NCBI GenBank assembly: GCA_027622665.1
Contig: JAQBYT010000011.1
Span: 1-64,000, forward strand
Direction: 5' to 3'
Source of the DNA: Verrucomicrobiota bacterium
GTDB lineage: Bacteria; Verrucomicrobiota; Verrucomicrobiia; Opitutales; Seribacteraceae
Length of the DNA stretch: 64,000 nucleotides
Shown: positions 17,901 through 29,100 of the stretch, in pieces
Layout: each line of letters begins with the position of its first letter
How positions within the stretch are numbered: the first letter of the stretch is position 1
Program-made: the position numbers and the translations under genes
Notes under the pieces: model-generated
Told to the model about the DNA's origin: nothing
The model's database searches: none
What the model saw: the letters and a program-made list of their open reading frames with translations, nothing else

Positions 17901-18473
17901 GTTTCCGAAACTCCCGTAAAGTTTTTCGCGAATCTCTGCCTTTCCATCACCATCACGATCGACCACACGCCAGATATTAGGAATGGAGTGAACCACCCCC
18001 TCCGAACCGTCTCCAAGCGGAGTTTGCCCTATCGGTATATTCAAGCCCTCAGCAAAACGCGTCACCTTTCTCGGTTTCCCGTCCGCCCCGATGCCCTCGG
18101 CCACCACAAGAAAGTCCCTAGGTTCATGGTCTCCCAATCCTGAAAATCGTCCACGAGGGTCCAAGTCACCCCGAGCCGGAAAGGGATACTCCAGTGAAGA
18201 AGTAACCCACAACCGGCCTTGGGCGTCGAAGTTCAAGTTCATCGGTTGACCGATCAAAGGTTCCGAGAGCACCAGCTGAATCTCAAAACCCTCCGGCAAC
18301 CTGAATTTCTCCTTCTGCTCGTCCGGCGAAAGCGCCTCAGACGGTGCGACAAGTTGCCCCAAAAGCGAGAATGGCGCTCCGCAACACACACCGAAAATCA
18401 AGAAAATGCGAAACAATGACATATCCAAAGGATTTAAAGAAATATCCCAAAACGCCAGCCTGAAGAGAGACAT
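14946..18473 (-). CDS. PVC-type heme-binding CxxCH protein (putative membrane-bound dehydrogenase); start may be 18422
   Basis: FRLPEGFEIQLV..EP, FRPVD..GPDGALYIADFYN..IGHYE propeller, HEAT-like repeats, C-terminal CAACH...IGPDL and SLMP. Confidence 0.88.
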   Translation of the reverse strand: MSLFRLAFWDISLNPLDMSLFRIFLIFGVCCGAPFSLLGQLVAPSEALSPDEQKEKFRLPEGFEIQLVLSEPLIGQPMNLNFDAQGRLWVTSSLEYPFPARGDLDPRGRFSGLGDHEPRDFLVVAEGIGADGKPRKVTRFAEGLNIPIGQTPLGDGSEGVVHSIPNIWRVVDRDGDGKAEIREKLYGSFGNADTHGMVSSLTPWVDGWVYGCHGFSNSSSVKDGSGRVTEMRSGNTYRFRPDGSRFEQVTWGQVNPFGLCFDSLGNAYDADCHSKPVTMLLRGAYYSSFGKPHDGLGYGPNMIDHNHGSSGICGVAYYDADYFPQEYRGDIFLCNPVTGKVHRDKLRDFGSTRLVDTQPDFIACDDPWFRPVDVQLGPDGALYIADFYNAIIGHYEVKLDHPKRDREHGRVWRIVRKEVKPPAIANLTKLDDAGLAAKLGEMNLLIRTLATNLLVARGKKVVEVLTEVMNEKSATPKSLAHGAWALERLGMLDDRRFEDLRRNENPLVRVHLGHILGERKALGNLQKEWVSDFLDDEDAFVRRAAADTAGRHPAVEYFAPLLKAWKEAVEKDTHLVHVVRIALRDLLGAGCWPAEPWTHAGNKADDLLTIATVTVGGHAPQAALKYLEEVEDAGTELTLKTVDFVSGRVDASDLVRVGRSLDERAGDDISLRLRLQRALWQGTKRRGQEFPEELGALSERLVRQWIKTGKRSVLSWTPVPIGGNLSENPWTKETRRCVDSRDSVMLSSLPKGEKLVGLYRSRPFTIPNRLSFYIAGHRGSPGNPPHEKNFVSLRLAEDDTVLFRVFPPRNDVARKVDWNLKDHAGKQGVLELTDGDAGGGYAWLAIGRIEPTVAELEFNAITRQDALHLAADLKLVDLFDPLLALLISAGESTETRLVALASCRRLDEERTRPVARQLVADVEQPSLLRSAMVGWLGTGGSEDVASVHAAFAAAPERLQEAFASNLVTSKQGAEILLVAMEHGKASARLLHRKGIRELLLSSGLREVEIRLKRLTTNLPDGDEQLGERVRSRSAGFRAAKTSLSNGSATFAKYCAACHRIGGKGAEIGPDLDGVSVRGVERLLEDLIDPSRNVDPAFRQTSIVTKDGGILSGIVIEVGNETLEVRDVAGKVTRVPFADVAKKVASSNSLMPQGLDLAISETELYDLLAFLLAGGK

Positions 18474-18477
18474 TGAA

Positions 18478-20565
18478 TCAGGTTACGTGACGGAGGGCAT
18501 CCACCGGGCTCATCGCGGCAGCCTTCCGGGCGGGGTATAGACCAAAGAGAACTCCCGTGGCGACGGCGATTCCAAAGACAAGAGGGAAAGACCACGGCAC
18601 AAGGGATGGCGTCATCTCCTTCATGGATCCGGGAAGCGAGGCATAGGTTTCGGGTGCGAAAGACTCCAGATTGGATAGAAGCATGGAATAGGCAGGTTCG
18701 CAAAGGAAACCGGCAAGCAATCCAAGCAGTCCCCCCGCTGCCGTGAGTGCAATGGTCTCTACCAGAAATTGCTGGGTAACGTCTCGCCGGCGGGCTCCCA
18801 GTGCACGGCGAATACCGATTTCCCGAGTTCGCTCCGTAACGGTTGCAAGCATGATGTTCATTATGCCGATGCCCCCCACCAGTAGTGAAATTGCTGCCAC
18901 GATTCCCATAAGCGCCACGAAGGTAAGGCGGGCTTTTTCGGCCTGCTCCATCAACTCCATAGGTACGGCAATCTGAAAATCCTTCATTCCATGGTCCGTC
19001 TCGAGAATATTCTCAATAAGTTCAGCCACTGCAAAAATCTTGTCGGTATCCTCCATGGTAAACGTGACCTTGGAGTACATGCTCGAACCATCGTACCCTA
19101 GGTAATAGTAATCGAAAACCTTTGCCCAAACCGTCTCGATTGGCACATACACGTTATCCGAGAATTCCTCGCGAAAACCGAGTCGATCATTGTCGTTCAG
19201 ATCCATCCTCTTCCCCACTTCACCAACTACGACATAAAGATTCCCCAGCACATTGACAGTTTTGCCCACGCAATCTCCGAAAGGAAACAGTTTTTGGGCG
19301 ACATTAGCGGACAAAACGCAGACCTCCGATTGCTTTTCGTTATCCTCCTCGGACAAAAAGCGTCCCTGAGTTACCTGAAGATGGTGAAGGTCGCAGAAAT
19401 TGGGAAGGCAGCCCAAGATTTCGGTTCGGCTTTTTCCATCCTTGGTAAAGACGTTGCGACCGTTCAGTTCCCTTGTCGGATAGGCAACGCTAATCCCGGG
19501 AACTGTTTGGAGAATCTTTATCAAGTCTTTTTTCGTGACACCATAGGAATAAAAATTGTCTCCCTTTGACTTTCTCTCTTCATCCGGAGGTCGGAGAGAT
19601 GAAACAATTAGGTTGTTCGCCCCAAGATCCCGTATTTCCGCCTCGGCGCGCGCGGCGATGCCCTCCCCTATTGCCAAAAGCCAGACAACGCTGGCCACGC
19701 CGATGAAAACTCCGAGCGCAGTAAGCCCTGAACGCATGGGATGCGTGAGCATGCTGAGCAAAGCCACCTTGCCGAGGTTCCGCCAAGCTCTTCGCAATCG
19801 CCGAAACGAAAAAACTCCGAGAGTTTGCCTCGCATCGGCATTTGTATCCCGAACATCCTTCGTATCGGCAACAGGACGGAACCGCTCGTCCGACTCAATA
19901 CGACCGTCCTTCATCTTGACCACCCGGCGAGTGCGAGCGGCAACCTCATCCTCATGAGTAACCAGCACGATAGTCTTGCCCTCCGCATTCAGGCGATCGA
20001 GCAGATCGAGAATCTCCTTGGTGGTACGACTATCTAGGTTGCCGGTTGGCTCATCGGCCAAAATGAACACGGGATCATTCACCAGAGCTCTGGCAATCCC
20101 CACGCGCTGCTGTTGACCTCCCGAAAGCTGTTGAGGAAGATGATCGCAGCGATCCCCCAAGCCTACGGCATTGGCCAACTCAATCGGCGCCTCGGAATAT
20201 TGGTCCGCTTGGCGGGAATAGGAACGGGGCATGCGAATATTTTCAAGAGCATCGAGGTAGGGGATCAGATTGTAAGACTGAAAGACGAAGCCGATACGAC
20301 GTCCCCGTATGTCCGATAGAGCGTCATCGGAAAGCTCGGTCACGTCCTCACCCTCCAAAAGGTACTCTCCGGACGTTGGGCGATCCAGGCAACCCAACTG
20401 GTTTAACAGGGTACTCTTGCCCGAACCCGAAGGTCCCATGACCGCAATGTAATCTCCGGCGGGAACGTCGAGGTCGATACCATCGAGAGCACGAACCTCC
20501 TGTTCGCCCACTTGGTAAAAGCGGCACAGCTTACTTACGCGTATGGCAAATTGCGGCTCGGACAT
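18478..20565 (-). CDS. macB: MacB-type ABC transporter, fused ATPase + permease
   Basis: GPSGSGKS, LSGGQQQR, LADEPTGNLD and GGIGIMNIMLATVTERTREIGIRRALGA. Confidence 0.92.
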   Translation of the reverse strand: MSEPQFAIRVSKLCRFYQVGEQEVRALDGIDLDVPAGDYIAVMGPSGSGKSTLLNQLGCLDRPTSGEYLLEGEDVTELSDDALSDIRGRRIGFVFQSYNLIPYLDALENIRMPRSYSRQADQYSEAPIELANAVGLGDRCDHLPQQLSGGQQQRVGIARALVNDPVFILADEPTGNLDSRTTKEILDLLDRLNAEGKTIVLVTHEDEVAARTRRVVKMKDGRIESDERFRPVADTKDVRDTNADARQTLGVFSFRRLRRAWRNLGKVALLSMLTHPMRSGLTALGVFIGVASVVWLLAIGEGIAARAEAEIRDLGANNLIVSSLRPPDEERKSKGDNFYSYGVTKKDLIKILQTVPGISVAYPTRELNGRNVFTKDGKSRTEILGCLPNFCDLHHLQVTQGRFLSEEDNEKQSEVCVLSANVAQKLFPFGDCVGKTVNVLGNLYVVVGEVGKRMDLNDNDRLGFREEFSDNVYVPIETVWAKVFDYYYLGYDGSSMYSKVTFTMEDTDKIFAVAELIENILETDHGMKDFQIAVPMELMEQAEKARLTFVALMGIVAAISLLVGGIGIMNIMLATVTERTREIGIRRALGARRRDVTQQFLVETIALTAAGGLLGLLAGFLCEPAYSMLLSNLESFAPETYASLPGSMKEMTPSLVPWSFPLVFGIAVATGVLFGLYPARKAAAMSPVDALRHVT

Positions 20566-20601
20566 ATCAAGCAGAAACGCGGGTTCTCTTCCCGCAGGAA
20601 A

Positions 20602-22077
20602 TCAATGAGAGATTAAGTCGGTTTCCGAGCTGACGAGAGCAACGCCTTGCCCCGAGGACGAGTTGTCCGAGAAGGTGACAATGTCACGAAACTCACTGGC
20701 GTTCACCACTACCTGCTCGCCTTCGCTGAGGCCGGACTCCACTACGGTGCTGGCATCATTCGCTGAACCTAGCCGGACAGCTCTTGCTTGGAAATCACCC
20801 AGTTCGTCGACTGCAAGGCAATAAGAAGTCCCTTTAACACGCAGAACGGCATGAAGAGGAATCTGCAACGCACTGGGAATTTGCTCGACCAGTATACTAA
20901 CCTTTGCAGTCATGCCGGGACGAAGACCATCGGGGGGATTCTCGATGAGAATTTCAGTGGCGTATTCCTTGATGTGAGCTGTGTAACGACTGGCGGAAGG
21001 GATTGGATAATCTCCCACTTTCACAACCCGGCCATGCAAAACGAGTTTGCGAGACGAGAATATGGATATGTCGACTGGCATACCGGGTTCAACTTGCTCC
21101 ACTCGGCTTTCGTTCACTTTGGCTATGACCCTCATGTTCGAAGGATCTGGAAGTCGAATAATCGCTTGGCGCTCACGCACGGGTCGACCTGCCTCGATAA
21201 GGATGCCGTCTGAAGAAGACGAAGTGCGATTAGCGTAGGTAACCTCGCCCGAGGCAGGAGCCTTGATCAGGCACTTCGATATCTGCTCCTCGATCTCGGC
21301 TTCCTGAGCTACTTCCAGTTCATAGGAGTTGCGACGGGAAAGGAGGCGAGCCTCGGCGGTTAGGATGGAAGCGTTTAGATCGTTCACCTTTGCCTTTCGT
21401 GAATGCACTCTCAACACATCGAGCTTGGTCAAGGAGAGATCAAGATCCTTGCGAGACTTCTCCACCGCGAAGGCATCGGCTCCGAGCTGCGTTTCGGAAA
21501 TATAACCCTTGATCGCCAATTTCTTACTGTAATCATGATATTCCTGGGCACGACGCAAGTTTTCTCGAGCTACGAACACCGCGCCCTCAAGTTGCTGAAG
21601 ATCTTGACGATAGGAGCCTGATAGGTACTCATCCATGGCAAGTGTCGCAGCCTCGACGTCGGCCTCAGCTTGTACGAGCACGGCCTTTGCCTGATGTACG
21701 TCTATGCGTTGAGTAAGTAAATCTTTCTGCAATGCGGAATCGTCCAAACGGACAAGAAAGTCCCCCTCTTTCACTTGACTACCTTCCGGCACGATTTCGA
21801 GGATGTTCACACCTACAGAGTTGCGACTCTTCACCTCGCAAAGTACATCCACGTTATGGGCGCTCTCGATTTCCCCCGGCTCCACTATCTCCAAACGGAA
21901 CTCCTTCCGAACGACTTGTTCGAACAAAGCCTCGGGCAAGACCTCCTCACTCTCACCGCCCGCAAGTAGCCACCAAGCAACGACAACTGCGCCGCCACTC
22001 GCCAAGCCAATAACAGCCTTGGCCGTGGCAAATCCTCTACGGCGTGGTTTTCTAAGGTTTTTGATTTTTGGAATCAT
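20602..22077 (-). CDS. MacA/HlyD-family periplasmic adaptor subunit
   Basis: N-terminal TM, VPEGSQVKEGD lipoyl half-motif, helical hairpin, IKAPASG and LRPGMTAKV. Confidence 0.9.
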   Translation of the reverse strand: MIPKIKNLRKPRRRGFATAKAVIGLASGGAVVVAWWLLAGGESEEVLPEALFEQVVRKEFRLEIVEPGEIESAHNVDVLCEVKSRNSVGVNILEIVPEGSQVKEGDFLVRLDDSALQKDLLTQRIDVHQAKAVLVQAEADVEAATLAMDEYLSGSYRQDLQQLEGAVFVARENLRRAQEYHDYSKKLAIKGYISETQLGADAFAVEKSRKDLDLSLTKLDVLRVHSRKAKVNDLNASILTAEARLLSRRNSYELEVAQEAEIEEQISKCLIKAPASGEVTYANRTSSSSDGILIEAGRPVRERQAIIRLPDPSNMRVIAKVNESRVEQVEPGMPVDISIFSSRKLVLHGRVVKVGDYPIPSASRYTAHIKEYATEILIENPPDGLRPGMTAKVSILVEQIPSALQIPLHAVLRVKGTSYCLAVDELGDFQARAVRLGSANDASTVVESGLSEGEQVVVNASEFRDIVTFSDNSSSGQGVALVSSETDLISH

Positions 22078-22125
22078 CGGAAAAATTGGGCGTAGAATAA
22101 ATGTGTTGGTACAGAGGAGGCAAGA

Positions 22126-24537
22126 TTACGGTGCCGGCATGGGTTCATTTTTTTCCTTGGGCATGAACTTTCTTGCAAGTATCGGACCGGGATCAAGCCA
22201 GAGACCCTCTTCATTGAGGCGCATGGTACCAAGTTCAAAATCAAGCCTCATGCGCAAGGCCTCGTAACCGACCCATACTTGAAGAAATGCGTTGCTGGCA
22301 TCCAGCAAGTCGTTGAGTGCATTGACAAGGTCACGAGCGGTAGTCGCGCCGAACTGGGCGTTCTTTCCGGGTTGTGGAGGTTGCTGCAACCGAAGACGTG
22401 CGAGATCGACTTGGGCGATGGCACCCCGCACCGCGGATCGAGCAAGCTCGAAGTTCAATTGACTGAGACGAGCGATGCGGGCCGTATTGCGAAGGCTGCG
22501 GTAAGCGCCGTCCTGATAGGCTAGATAGTCGCGGCGAGCTCGTTGGTAATTAATCAGAGCCTCCCGATAATCATTACGCTCTGCAAGCTTGGATAAAGGA
22601 GTATCAAATTGCAGGCCGAAACTCAGCCTCCCCTCGTCTGCCTTGAAATGCCCCGCATCAGAACGATTGGAACCGACATCACCTGACAAGACCAAATCCA
22701 AATCTGAACGTAGATCATCCCGAGCAAGAGCAGCGTCGCGCCAGACGTCCACAAGTTTAGCTCGGGCGTTCATCCAGTCCAACCTGCGTTCGCGAGCCAC
22801 CTCCAGAGCCTCCTTCGCCTCCACTCGCACGTCCTCCATCACAATCGCCTCCAAACGAGCGGAGGCTCGGGCAAGTGAAAGCTCGAGCAAGAGACCGGAG
22901 AAATCGGCAAGACCTGCCGCTAGGCGAGAACGAACCTCCTGTACCTCCAGGTTCGGCAAGTCAGCTCGGAGAGTTTCCATGACTTCGCGAGACTTCGTAA
23001 AATCAGCGGTCAACCGCTCTCCGGAAAGCTCCAACTGTTCGGCTATTGCATCAAGATCCTTGTCGCGAAAAGCGTCACCGCTCATCCCTGCCTCCTTCAA
23101 ATCACTTCTATCCCTAAGGCGAAGAAACCATTCCTTACGCTGCGGCAACCGGCGACGAAGTTCAGCTCGATCCTCAATAAATGAACCCAAACTCCTCTTC
23201 TGGCTCGAATAAAACATCAAAGCCTCTTCTAATCGTACTCTCAAGGAATTAACGTCAGGAGAGACCAACGGATCGCGGATGGCATTCAACATATCAACGG
23301 TTTGCTCCTGCAATTCCGCGAGATTTGGATCGGTGAGTCGAAACCGGTCAACGTAAGAAGCATCCACCTTGACCGGCAAATCGGGGGGTAAGCCCAAGGT
23401 CATCTTGAATCCATCCAATCGAGTTTCAAAACCTGCTTTGGAGGCCAACAGTGAACTTTGAGCGTTATAAAGCGCTTGGCGAGCTTGGTCCACTTGCAGT
23501 CGGTTGCCGATGCGGCCTGCATCGAAGGCTGCATCCAATTGGGCGAGACTGTCGCGTAATTTAGCCACATTCGCTTCTTGATTGCGAATCCCTTGCACAG
23601 ACTGGAGCAAGCCGAAGAAACCGCCTACGCCCGATGCCCCTGTGCGACTAGAGGGGAACCCTGCGACTAGCCCCGTGGAAGCGAACCCACCGCCACCTCG
23701 CGACGGTCCCGAAACGGGATTGCCCCCCGTTACCACATCTAAAAAGAATCCTTGGCGAAACTGCTCCATTCGACGAGCATCCACCAATAGAGTGCGCTCC
23801 GCTTGGGATAGGCGTTCGCGATAAATTCTTTTTCCGGCACCACGCAACAAGGGTCGGGTGAGAGTAAGATTGGCCAGAGATCCACCGAAGCTCGTAGCCC
23901 CGTTCGAGAGGTCAAAGGTCAATTGGCTGGCAACCGACGCCACCCAAGAAGTTCCGGCGCCTGCAACGCCCCTCAAGCCGGATCGAACCGAGGAGACGCC
24001 GTCCGTATCACCCGATGCGCCCGATCGCGCCACTTTGGTCGAACCGTCGAGAAAGGGCTTGGGATCAAGGCGAAAACGTTCATAAGTAACGTCCAACGCA
24101 GAAAGGTAAAGGTCTTCCTTTTCCCGTTGAAAATCCGGTGAGTGGGTAAGGGCTAGCTTAACAGCTGCAGGCAAATTCAAGTTGATCTGACCGTCCTTAT
24201 CCAAGGGTAGCCAATCCCGCCAAGTGTCGCTTTCCAACTTGGTTGCGGGATTGCCATCGGGATACACGTCTTTGCCCAAAACGGCTTCAGATACGGAACG
24301 AGCAGCGGAATCGTCGCGCGGGATTGGCGGGAAATCGTCAGTAGCAGGATTCCGCAAACGCGAGGATTCGTTTGCCTCGATGCCGAACTCGGGAATGTCC
24401 TGAAGCAGGGCACCAACTTCATTGTCGGCGTTTTGCCTATAGGCGCTACCTCCGCACGATGCCAAACACCCAGCAGCAACCACGCTAAAGGTAAACGCAG
24501 CTGGATTAGCAGGCAAGTATTGGAAGAGAGAACGCAC
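22126..24537 (-). CDS. TolC-family outer membrane lipoprotein (long PVC type)
   Basis: Lipobox-like LASC, AVKLALTHSPDFQREKEDLYLSAL and LTRPLLRGAG; co-directional with the adaptor and MacB genes. Confidence 0.8.
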   Translation of the reverse strand: MRSLFQYLPANPAAFTFSVVAAGCLASCGGSAYRQNADNEVGALLQDIPEFGIEANESSRLRNPATDDFPPIPRDDSAARSVSEAVLGKDVYPDGNPATKLESDTWRDWLPLDKDGQINLNLPAAVKLALTHSPDFQREKEDLYLSALDVTYERFRLDPKPFLDGSTKVARSGASGDTDGVSSVRSGLRGVAGAGTSWVASVASQLTFDLSNGATSFGGSLANLTLTRPLLRGAGKRIYRERLSQAERTLLVDARRMEQFRQGFFLDVVTGGNPVSGPSRGGGGFASTGLVAGFPSSRTGASGVGGFFGLLQSVQGIRNQEANVAKLRDSLAQLDAAFDAGRIGNRLQVDQARQALYNAQSSLLASKAGFETRLDGFKMTLGLPPDLPVKVDASYVDRFRLTDPNLAELQEQTVDMLNAIRDPLVSPDVNSLRVRLEEALMFYSSQKRSLGSFIEDRAELRRRLPQRKEWFLRLRDRSDLKEAGMSGDAFRDKDLDAIAEQLELSGERLTADFTKSREVMETLRADLPNLEVQEVRSRLAAGLADFSGLLLELSLARASARLEAIVMEDVRVEAKEALEVARERRLDWMNARAKLVDVWRDAALARDDLRSDLDLVLSGDVGSNRSDAGHFKADEGRLSFGLQFDTPLSKLAERNDYREALINYQRARRDYLAYQDGAYRSLRNTARIARLSQLNFELARSAVRGAIAQVDLARLRLQQPPQPGKNAQFGATTARDLVNALNDLLDASNAFLQVWVGYEALRMRLDFELGTMRLNEEGLWLDPGPILARKFMPKEKNEPMPAP

Positions 24538-24610
24538 AGTCAGCTAATGTCCCGATACGCAAAACCTCGGACAAATCCGAGGCCTCGCGAAGAAAAACTT
24601 TCGAGAACCG

Positions 24611-26077
24611 TTAGGCGAACAGTTCCGTGGTGGCTTGAGCCTTCACGAGTTCGCGGGGTTGGTTGAGGTGATTGTAAACGATTGTCTCGGGGTTGATACC
24701 GAAGGAATGGTAGATAGAGGCAAGAAGTTCTCTGGGATGGATCGGTTTGTCGATTGGCGCTGAACCGGTCTTGTCGGATTCACCGTGTACGTAACCGCGT
24801 TTGACGCCGGCTCCGGCAATGACTCCGGTGTAACAATAAGGCCAGTGATCACGACCATCGGCGCTGTTTCCGTTCCCCGAGGTGCTGATACCCATTTGCG
24901 GACTGCGCCCGAACTCTCCAACGCAGACGACGAGGGTCTCGTCAAGGATACCGCGCTCATCAAGGTCCGCGATAAGTCCTGAAAGCCCGGCATCTAGCAT
25001 GGGAGCTGATTGATCCTTCATACGCTTGGGCAAGCCCTTGTGGACATCCCAGGAATGATTGTCGGAGTTTGCTACCTTGGGCCAAATGACCTCAACCACA
25101 CGGGTTCCGGCCTCGACTAAACGACGAGCAAGAAGGCAGCTTTGCCCAAAGGTGTTTCGCCCGTACATTTCTCTAGTGGACTCGGTTTCCTGACCGATGG
25201 CGAATGCCTCGCGAGCTCGCCCTGAAGCAACGAGGCTGAGGGCTCGATCATAGTGCTCGTTCAAGTTATAATGAGAGACAGCCTTGTCTATCACGGGCAT
25301 GGCGTCGTTAATCGCGTTTCGAAGACGAGCTCGACGATGCAGGCGAACACCAAACATGTCGGGGCGCATCTCGAGATCGTCGACCCGGATCTTGTCCATC
25401 TTGTTCATGTCCATGTCTCCACCCGGTGGGTAAAGAGTGTAGGGATCGTAGGCCTTGCCAAGAAAGCCTGCGTCTCCACCCTTCCCTACCACGCCGCTTT
25501 CCTGAAGCGGGCGAGGAAGCATAACGAAGGGAAGCATAGGTTCGGTGGGTGGCTTGAAACGGATGATATTGGAACCGAAATTGGGAAAATCCTTGGGACT
25601 GGGAGGCTCGAGTTGTCCCGAGGGACTCACCTTGTCGGTGGTATAGCCGGTCATCATCTGGTAGATGGCGGCAGTGTGGTTGAAGAGCCCCTTGGGAGTG
25701 TAGCTAACCGCCCGCATCATGGTGAACTTGTCGTTAACTTGGGCAAGCTTGGGCATAAGCTCGGTAAAGTTGACGCCGGGAATCTTAGTCGGTATGGGCT
25801 TGAAGATGCTGCGCACGTTGTCCGGGGCATCAGGCTTGGGATCCCATAAGTCCAAGTGACTTGGACCACCCTGCAAATAAATCATTATTACGCTCTTCGC
25901 CTTTCCCCAACCGGGTCCACCGACGTGGGCGGTTTTGTTTTCTGCCTTGAGCTGTAGCATGGACCCAAGAGTCAACCCAAGCATGCTTGAACCGCCGACG
26001 CGCAGGACGTCTCGTCGGCTCATGGGCAGGTGTGCGTCACAAAGGTCTTTTCCGAGGTCTCCGGGAATGCCAATCAT
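24611..26077 (-). CDS. DUF1501 domain protein with Tat-like signal
   Basis: [36 protein letters not shown] and GRDHWP. Confidence 0.93.
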   Translation of the reverse strand: MIGIPGDLGKDLCDAHLPMSRRDVLRVGGSSMLGLTLGSMLQLKAENKTAHVGGPGWGKAKSVIMIYLQGGPSHLDLWDPKPDAPDNVRSIFKPIPTKIPGVNFTELMPKLAQVNDKFTMMRAVSYTPKGLFNHTAAIYQMMTGYTTDKVSPSGQLEPPSPKDFPNFGSNIIRFKPPTEPMLPFVMLPRPLQESGVVGKGGDAGFLGKAYDPYTLYPPGGDMDMNKMDKIRVDDLEMRPDMFGVRLHRRARLRNAINDAMPVIDKAVSHYNLNEHYDRALSLVASGRAREAFAIGQETESTREMYGRNTFGQSCLLARRLVEAGTRVVEVIWPKVANSDNHSWDVHKGLPKRMKDQSAPMLDAGLSGLIADLDERGILDETLVVCVGEFGRSPQMGISTSGNGNSADGRDHWPYCYTGVIAGAGVKRGYVHGESDKTGSAPIDKPIHPRELLASIYHSFGINPETIVYNHLNQPRELVKAQATTELFA

Positions 26078-26146
26078 GTTAGTAGTCTCCGATTAAGTAT
26101 TAATGTGCTTAGTAAAATGTGCAGCTAAACGATGATGAGGTCAATC

Positions 26147-29100
26147 TCAACGATTGAAAAGGAAGGACGGTGTGTTAATTAGGGCCCAAGCAATATCTTG
26201 GGCTCCAATCAAGCGTTTCTTACCCAATTGGCCCTTGCTCAAGTCAATGGCGCGTCGCAAGCGGGCGATACGGGTTGAAACCGGCACGGGCTTTTGAGCA
26301 AGCGCCACCATACCCTGCAATTCCTGAACCTTGGGATCGACAGGCAAGGGCTTGCGGGAATCAGCAAGAGCCTTGGCCAAGTTGGCGCGCGCCGAATCCC
26401 CATTCTTAAAAACATCAATAAGCTTTTTCTTCTGGGCATCATTTCGCTTGCCCGCTTCGATCGCAAAGATTGCTTTTGCTTCGGCAGGAACTCCAAAGGT
26501 AATCGGACGCGGAGCATCGGTAACTGCAAGTCGAAAACGCCCAAGCGAATGCTGACCACTCTGAAACTCCTGCTTAAGAGTAAGCATGAGTTCGGTACCC
26601 CCTTTGAATGAAAGGTTTTGCTTCGTCTCAAAAGAAGCGTAATGAGTCTTTCCCATCTGGGGAGCAATTGCCCAACCATTGTTCGTGGGAGCAGTCTTAC
26701 CATCAATTGCGGTGGCTACCGGGTAACCATTCTGGCTAAAAGTGGCGAGCGCGTTTTGAAAGGCGAGCTTAACCGGAGCGTCATTTCCATAGAGTTTAAT
26801 GGATTTGACGATCACCTCCCCTCCCGGGCGAAAACGAAGACCGTTCAAATCCTCGGCGGCAGTAAAGTCGAAGCGATAAGTCTTCCAATCCTCCGACTTC
26901 CCAATAACTACTTCGGCACTCGATCGCTTGTCCTCGTAATTATTATTTGCGTTACTTTTCCAGAAAACCTTGGCCCTGCGTTCTCCCTTCGCCTTCGCCA
27001 CGACCTCTATCGCGACCGATCCCTTTGACGCCTTCGCCTCGGCGATGACAGCCGGCAGAATTTTCGTCTTTGCATCCGCCCTGAAATAAAACCCGGAGGG
27101 GCCTGCTCCATTGTGAATCTTGAGCAAAAGATAATTATCGCCCTTTCTCAGTTTCGCTGTGACTTTCTCTTGATCGGGGGCAGCACCTCGGCCCACGTTG
27201 TTGGCATGGATTTGTTTGCCGTTGAGAAAGACCTTTATGCCATCGTCACTTCCTAGACTGAGTTGAAGATTTCTAGGGGCATCCACAGTAATTACCTTGT
27301 GGAGATAGTTTACGCCATTCACGGCCGAGAAGACAGCAGCGTAAAGCTGACCGTTCTTCCATTCGGGCTTGTGCATCCAGGCGATTTCCTTGTCCCCATG
27401 CTTGAACTGTTGCTTGGAGTCAAAGGAATCCAGACCCTCGGGACCTACCTTTTGCTCGAATCCGACATTCACGAACGGACCCGAATGATAAAACTTACCG
27501 ATGGAAAGAACGCCATCCACGGGAGAACCGGTAATGCTAAGAGCGCCTTCTGCAAAAGTAGTCTTCGCCCCATGTACGCCTTCCCAGTCTTTTTCTTCCG
27601 CCAATTCGTCAAAGGTCCACTCTTTCGCCAATGACCACTTCTTCAAGTCGCGAACAGGACCTGCCGTTGCTTCGATCTCGCTGAGCACGAAATTCCCGTC
27701 AATATTCGCCCGACCGGGTCCCCCTTTGGGTAGTCGCTTGTCCTTAATGGCCTCGATCCTTACGCCCGTGACGTTGGCAAGGTCGGAGGACGCCTTGACG
27801 ACGTAATTCCCCTTGCCGTTCTTTCCCCCGACAAAAACGGAACCGTCTTCCTGTTTTTCAAACTTAATCCCCGCGATATTCGAAGTAACGTCACCCATGT
27901 CCAAGTCCTTCCAAATGGATTTCCCCGCGTGGAAGTCCTTCTCCCAAACGGCAAGCTTGGCAGGCAGTTCCTCGTCGAATGCCTTTAATGCACCGTCCGC
28001 TTTCTTGATTCGGGCATTCCGAGCATCGGTCGCTGTCTTCACCGCCGAAGCTACTTTCTCTTGGTAAGCCTTCAGTGCTTCATCTGCCTTGGCGATAGCC
28101 TCGTCCCGAGCTTTTTCCTTAGCGTCCAGTTCTTCCTTAATACCTTCTTGGGCTTTCTCCATTTGTTTCTCAAGCACTAGGTGATCTCCCTCGATATCCT
28201 TGCCCAACAAACCGAGACTCGCATCAATTTCCTTGTCGGTGGCAGACCTATTTAGGATGCGAAGGAACAACTCGCTTACCAGTTTGCGGTCGTCCTTCTC
28301 CTCTTTGGCGAGCTTTGCGATAGCGTTCGAAGGATCCGAAATGGCGTCGTTCACGGTGGGACCGCTGATGAGGGCCATGATCGGGCCGAGTTGCAAACCT
28401 CCGGATCGCTCGCATTCACAAGCGCTTTCTCGAGCGGGTCGCCCAAAAGTCCCGAGGAATCCGTCGGGCAACCTGACACCGGAATCCGGTAAAGACGCCG
28501 CCCTGGTACCCTGAGGCATACCGGGGAATTTCGACTTGGAACCGGTCACCAAATAGATGGCGTCGAGCAAAGTCTCTGCAGGCAACCTACGAGCGGAAGC
28601 GTGGGAAAAATTGATTTGATCGTCCTCATTCCATTTGTTCGTTCCCACCGAAAGCTGATAGGCCCGAGATTTACAGATAAGTTTCAATACCGTACGAACA
28701 TCGAAACCGCTCTTGATAAACTCACGCTCCAGATATGAAAGTAATTCGGGATTAGTCGGCGGGTTGCCGGCTCGGATGTCGTCGATGGGATCGATTATAC
28801 CGATGCCGAAAAGATAGCCCCAGAGACGATTGACGTAGCTCTTGGCAAAGTAGCGGTTGTCCGGAGCAGTCATCCAGGCCGCAAGGTTTTCACGACGAGT
28901 CGCACCTTCCTTGGCCTCATACTTCACGGGATAAGGAAAAGCAGGCGCGGCGACAGCTCCCGTGCGCTCGTGCTTCATCTCACCCGTCTTGGCATCCGAA
29001 ATAATTTCGTAAAGCGGTTTGCCGCGCTCCACGGCGGTCTTACCTATCTCGCCCTTCCCCGCGGCGGGATCCTTGGCCAATTTAAATTGTGCGAAGTGGG

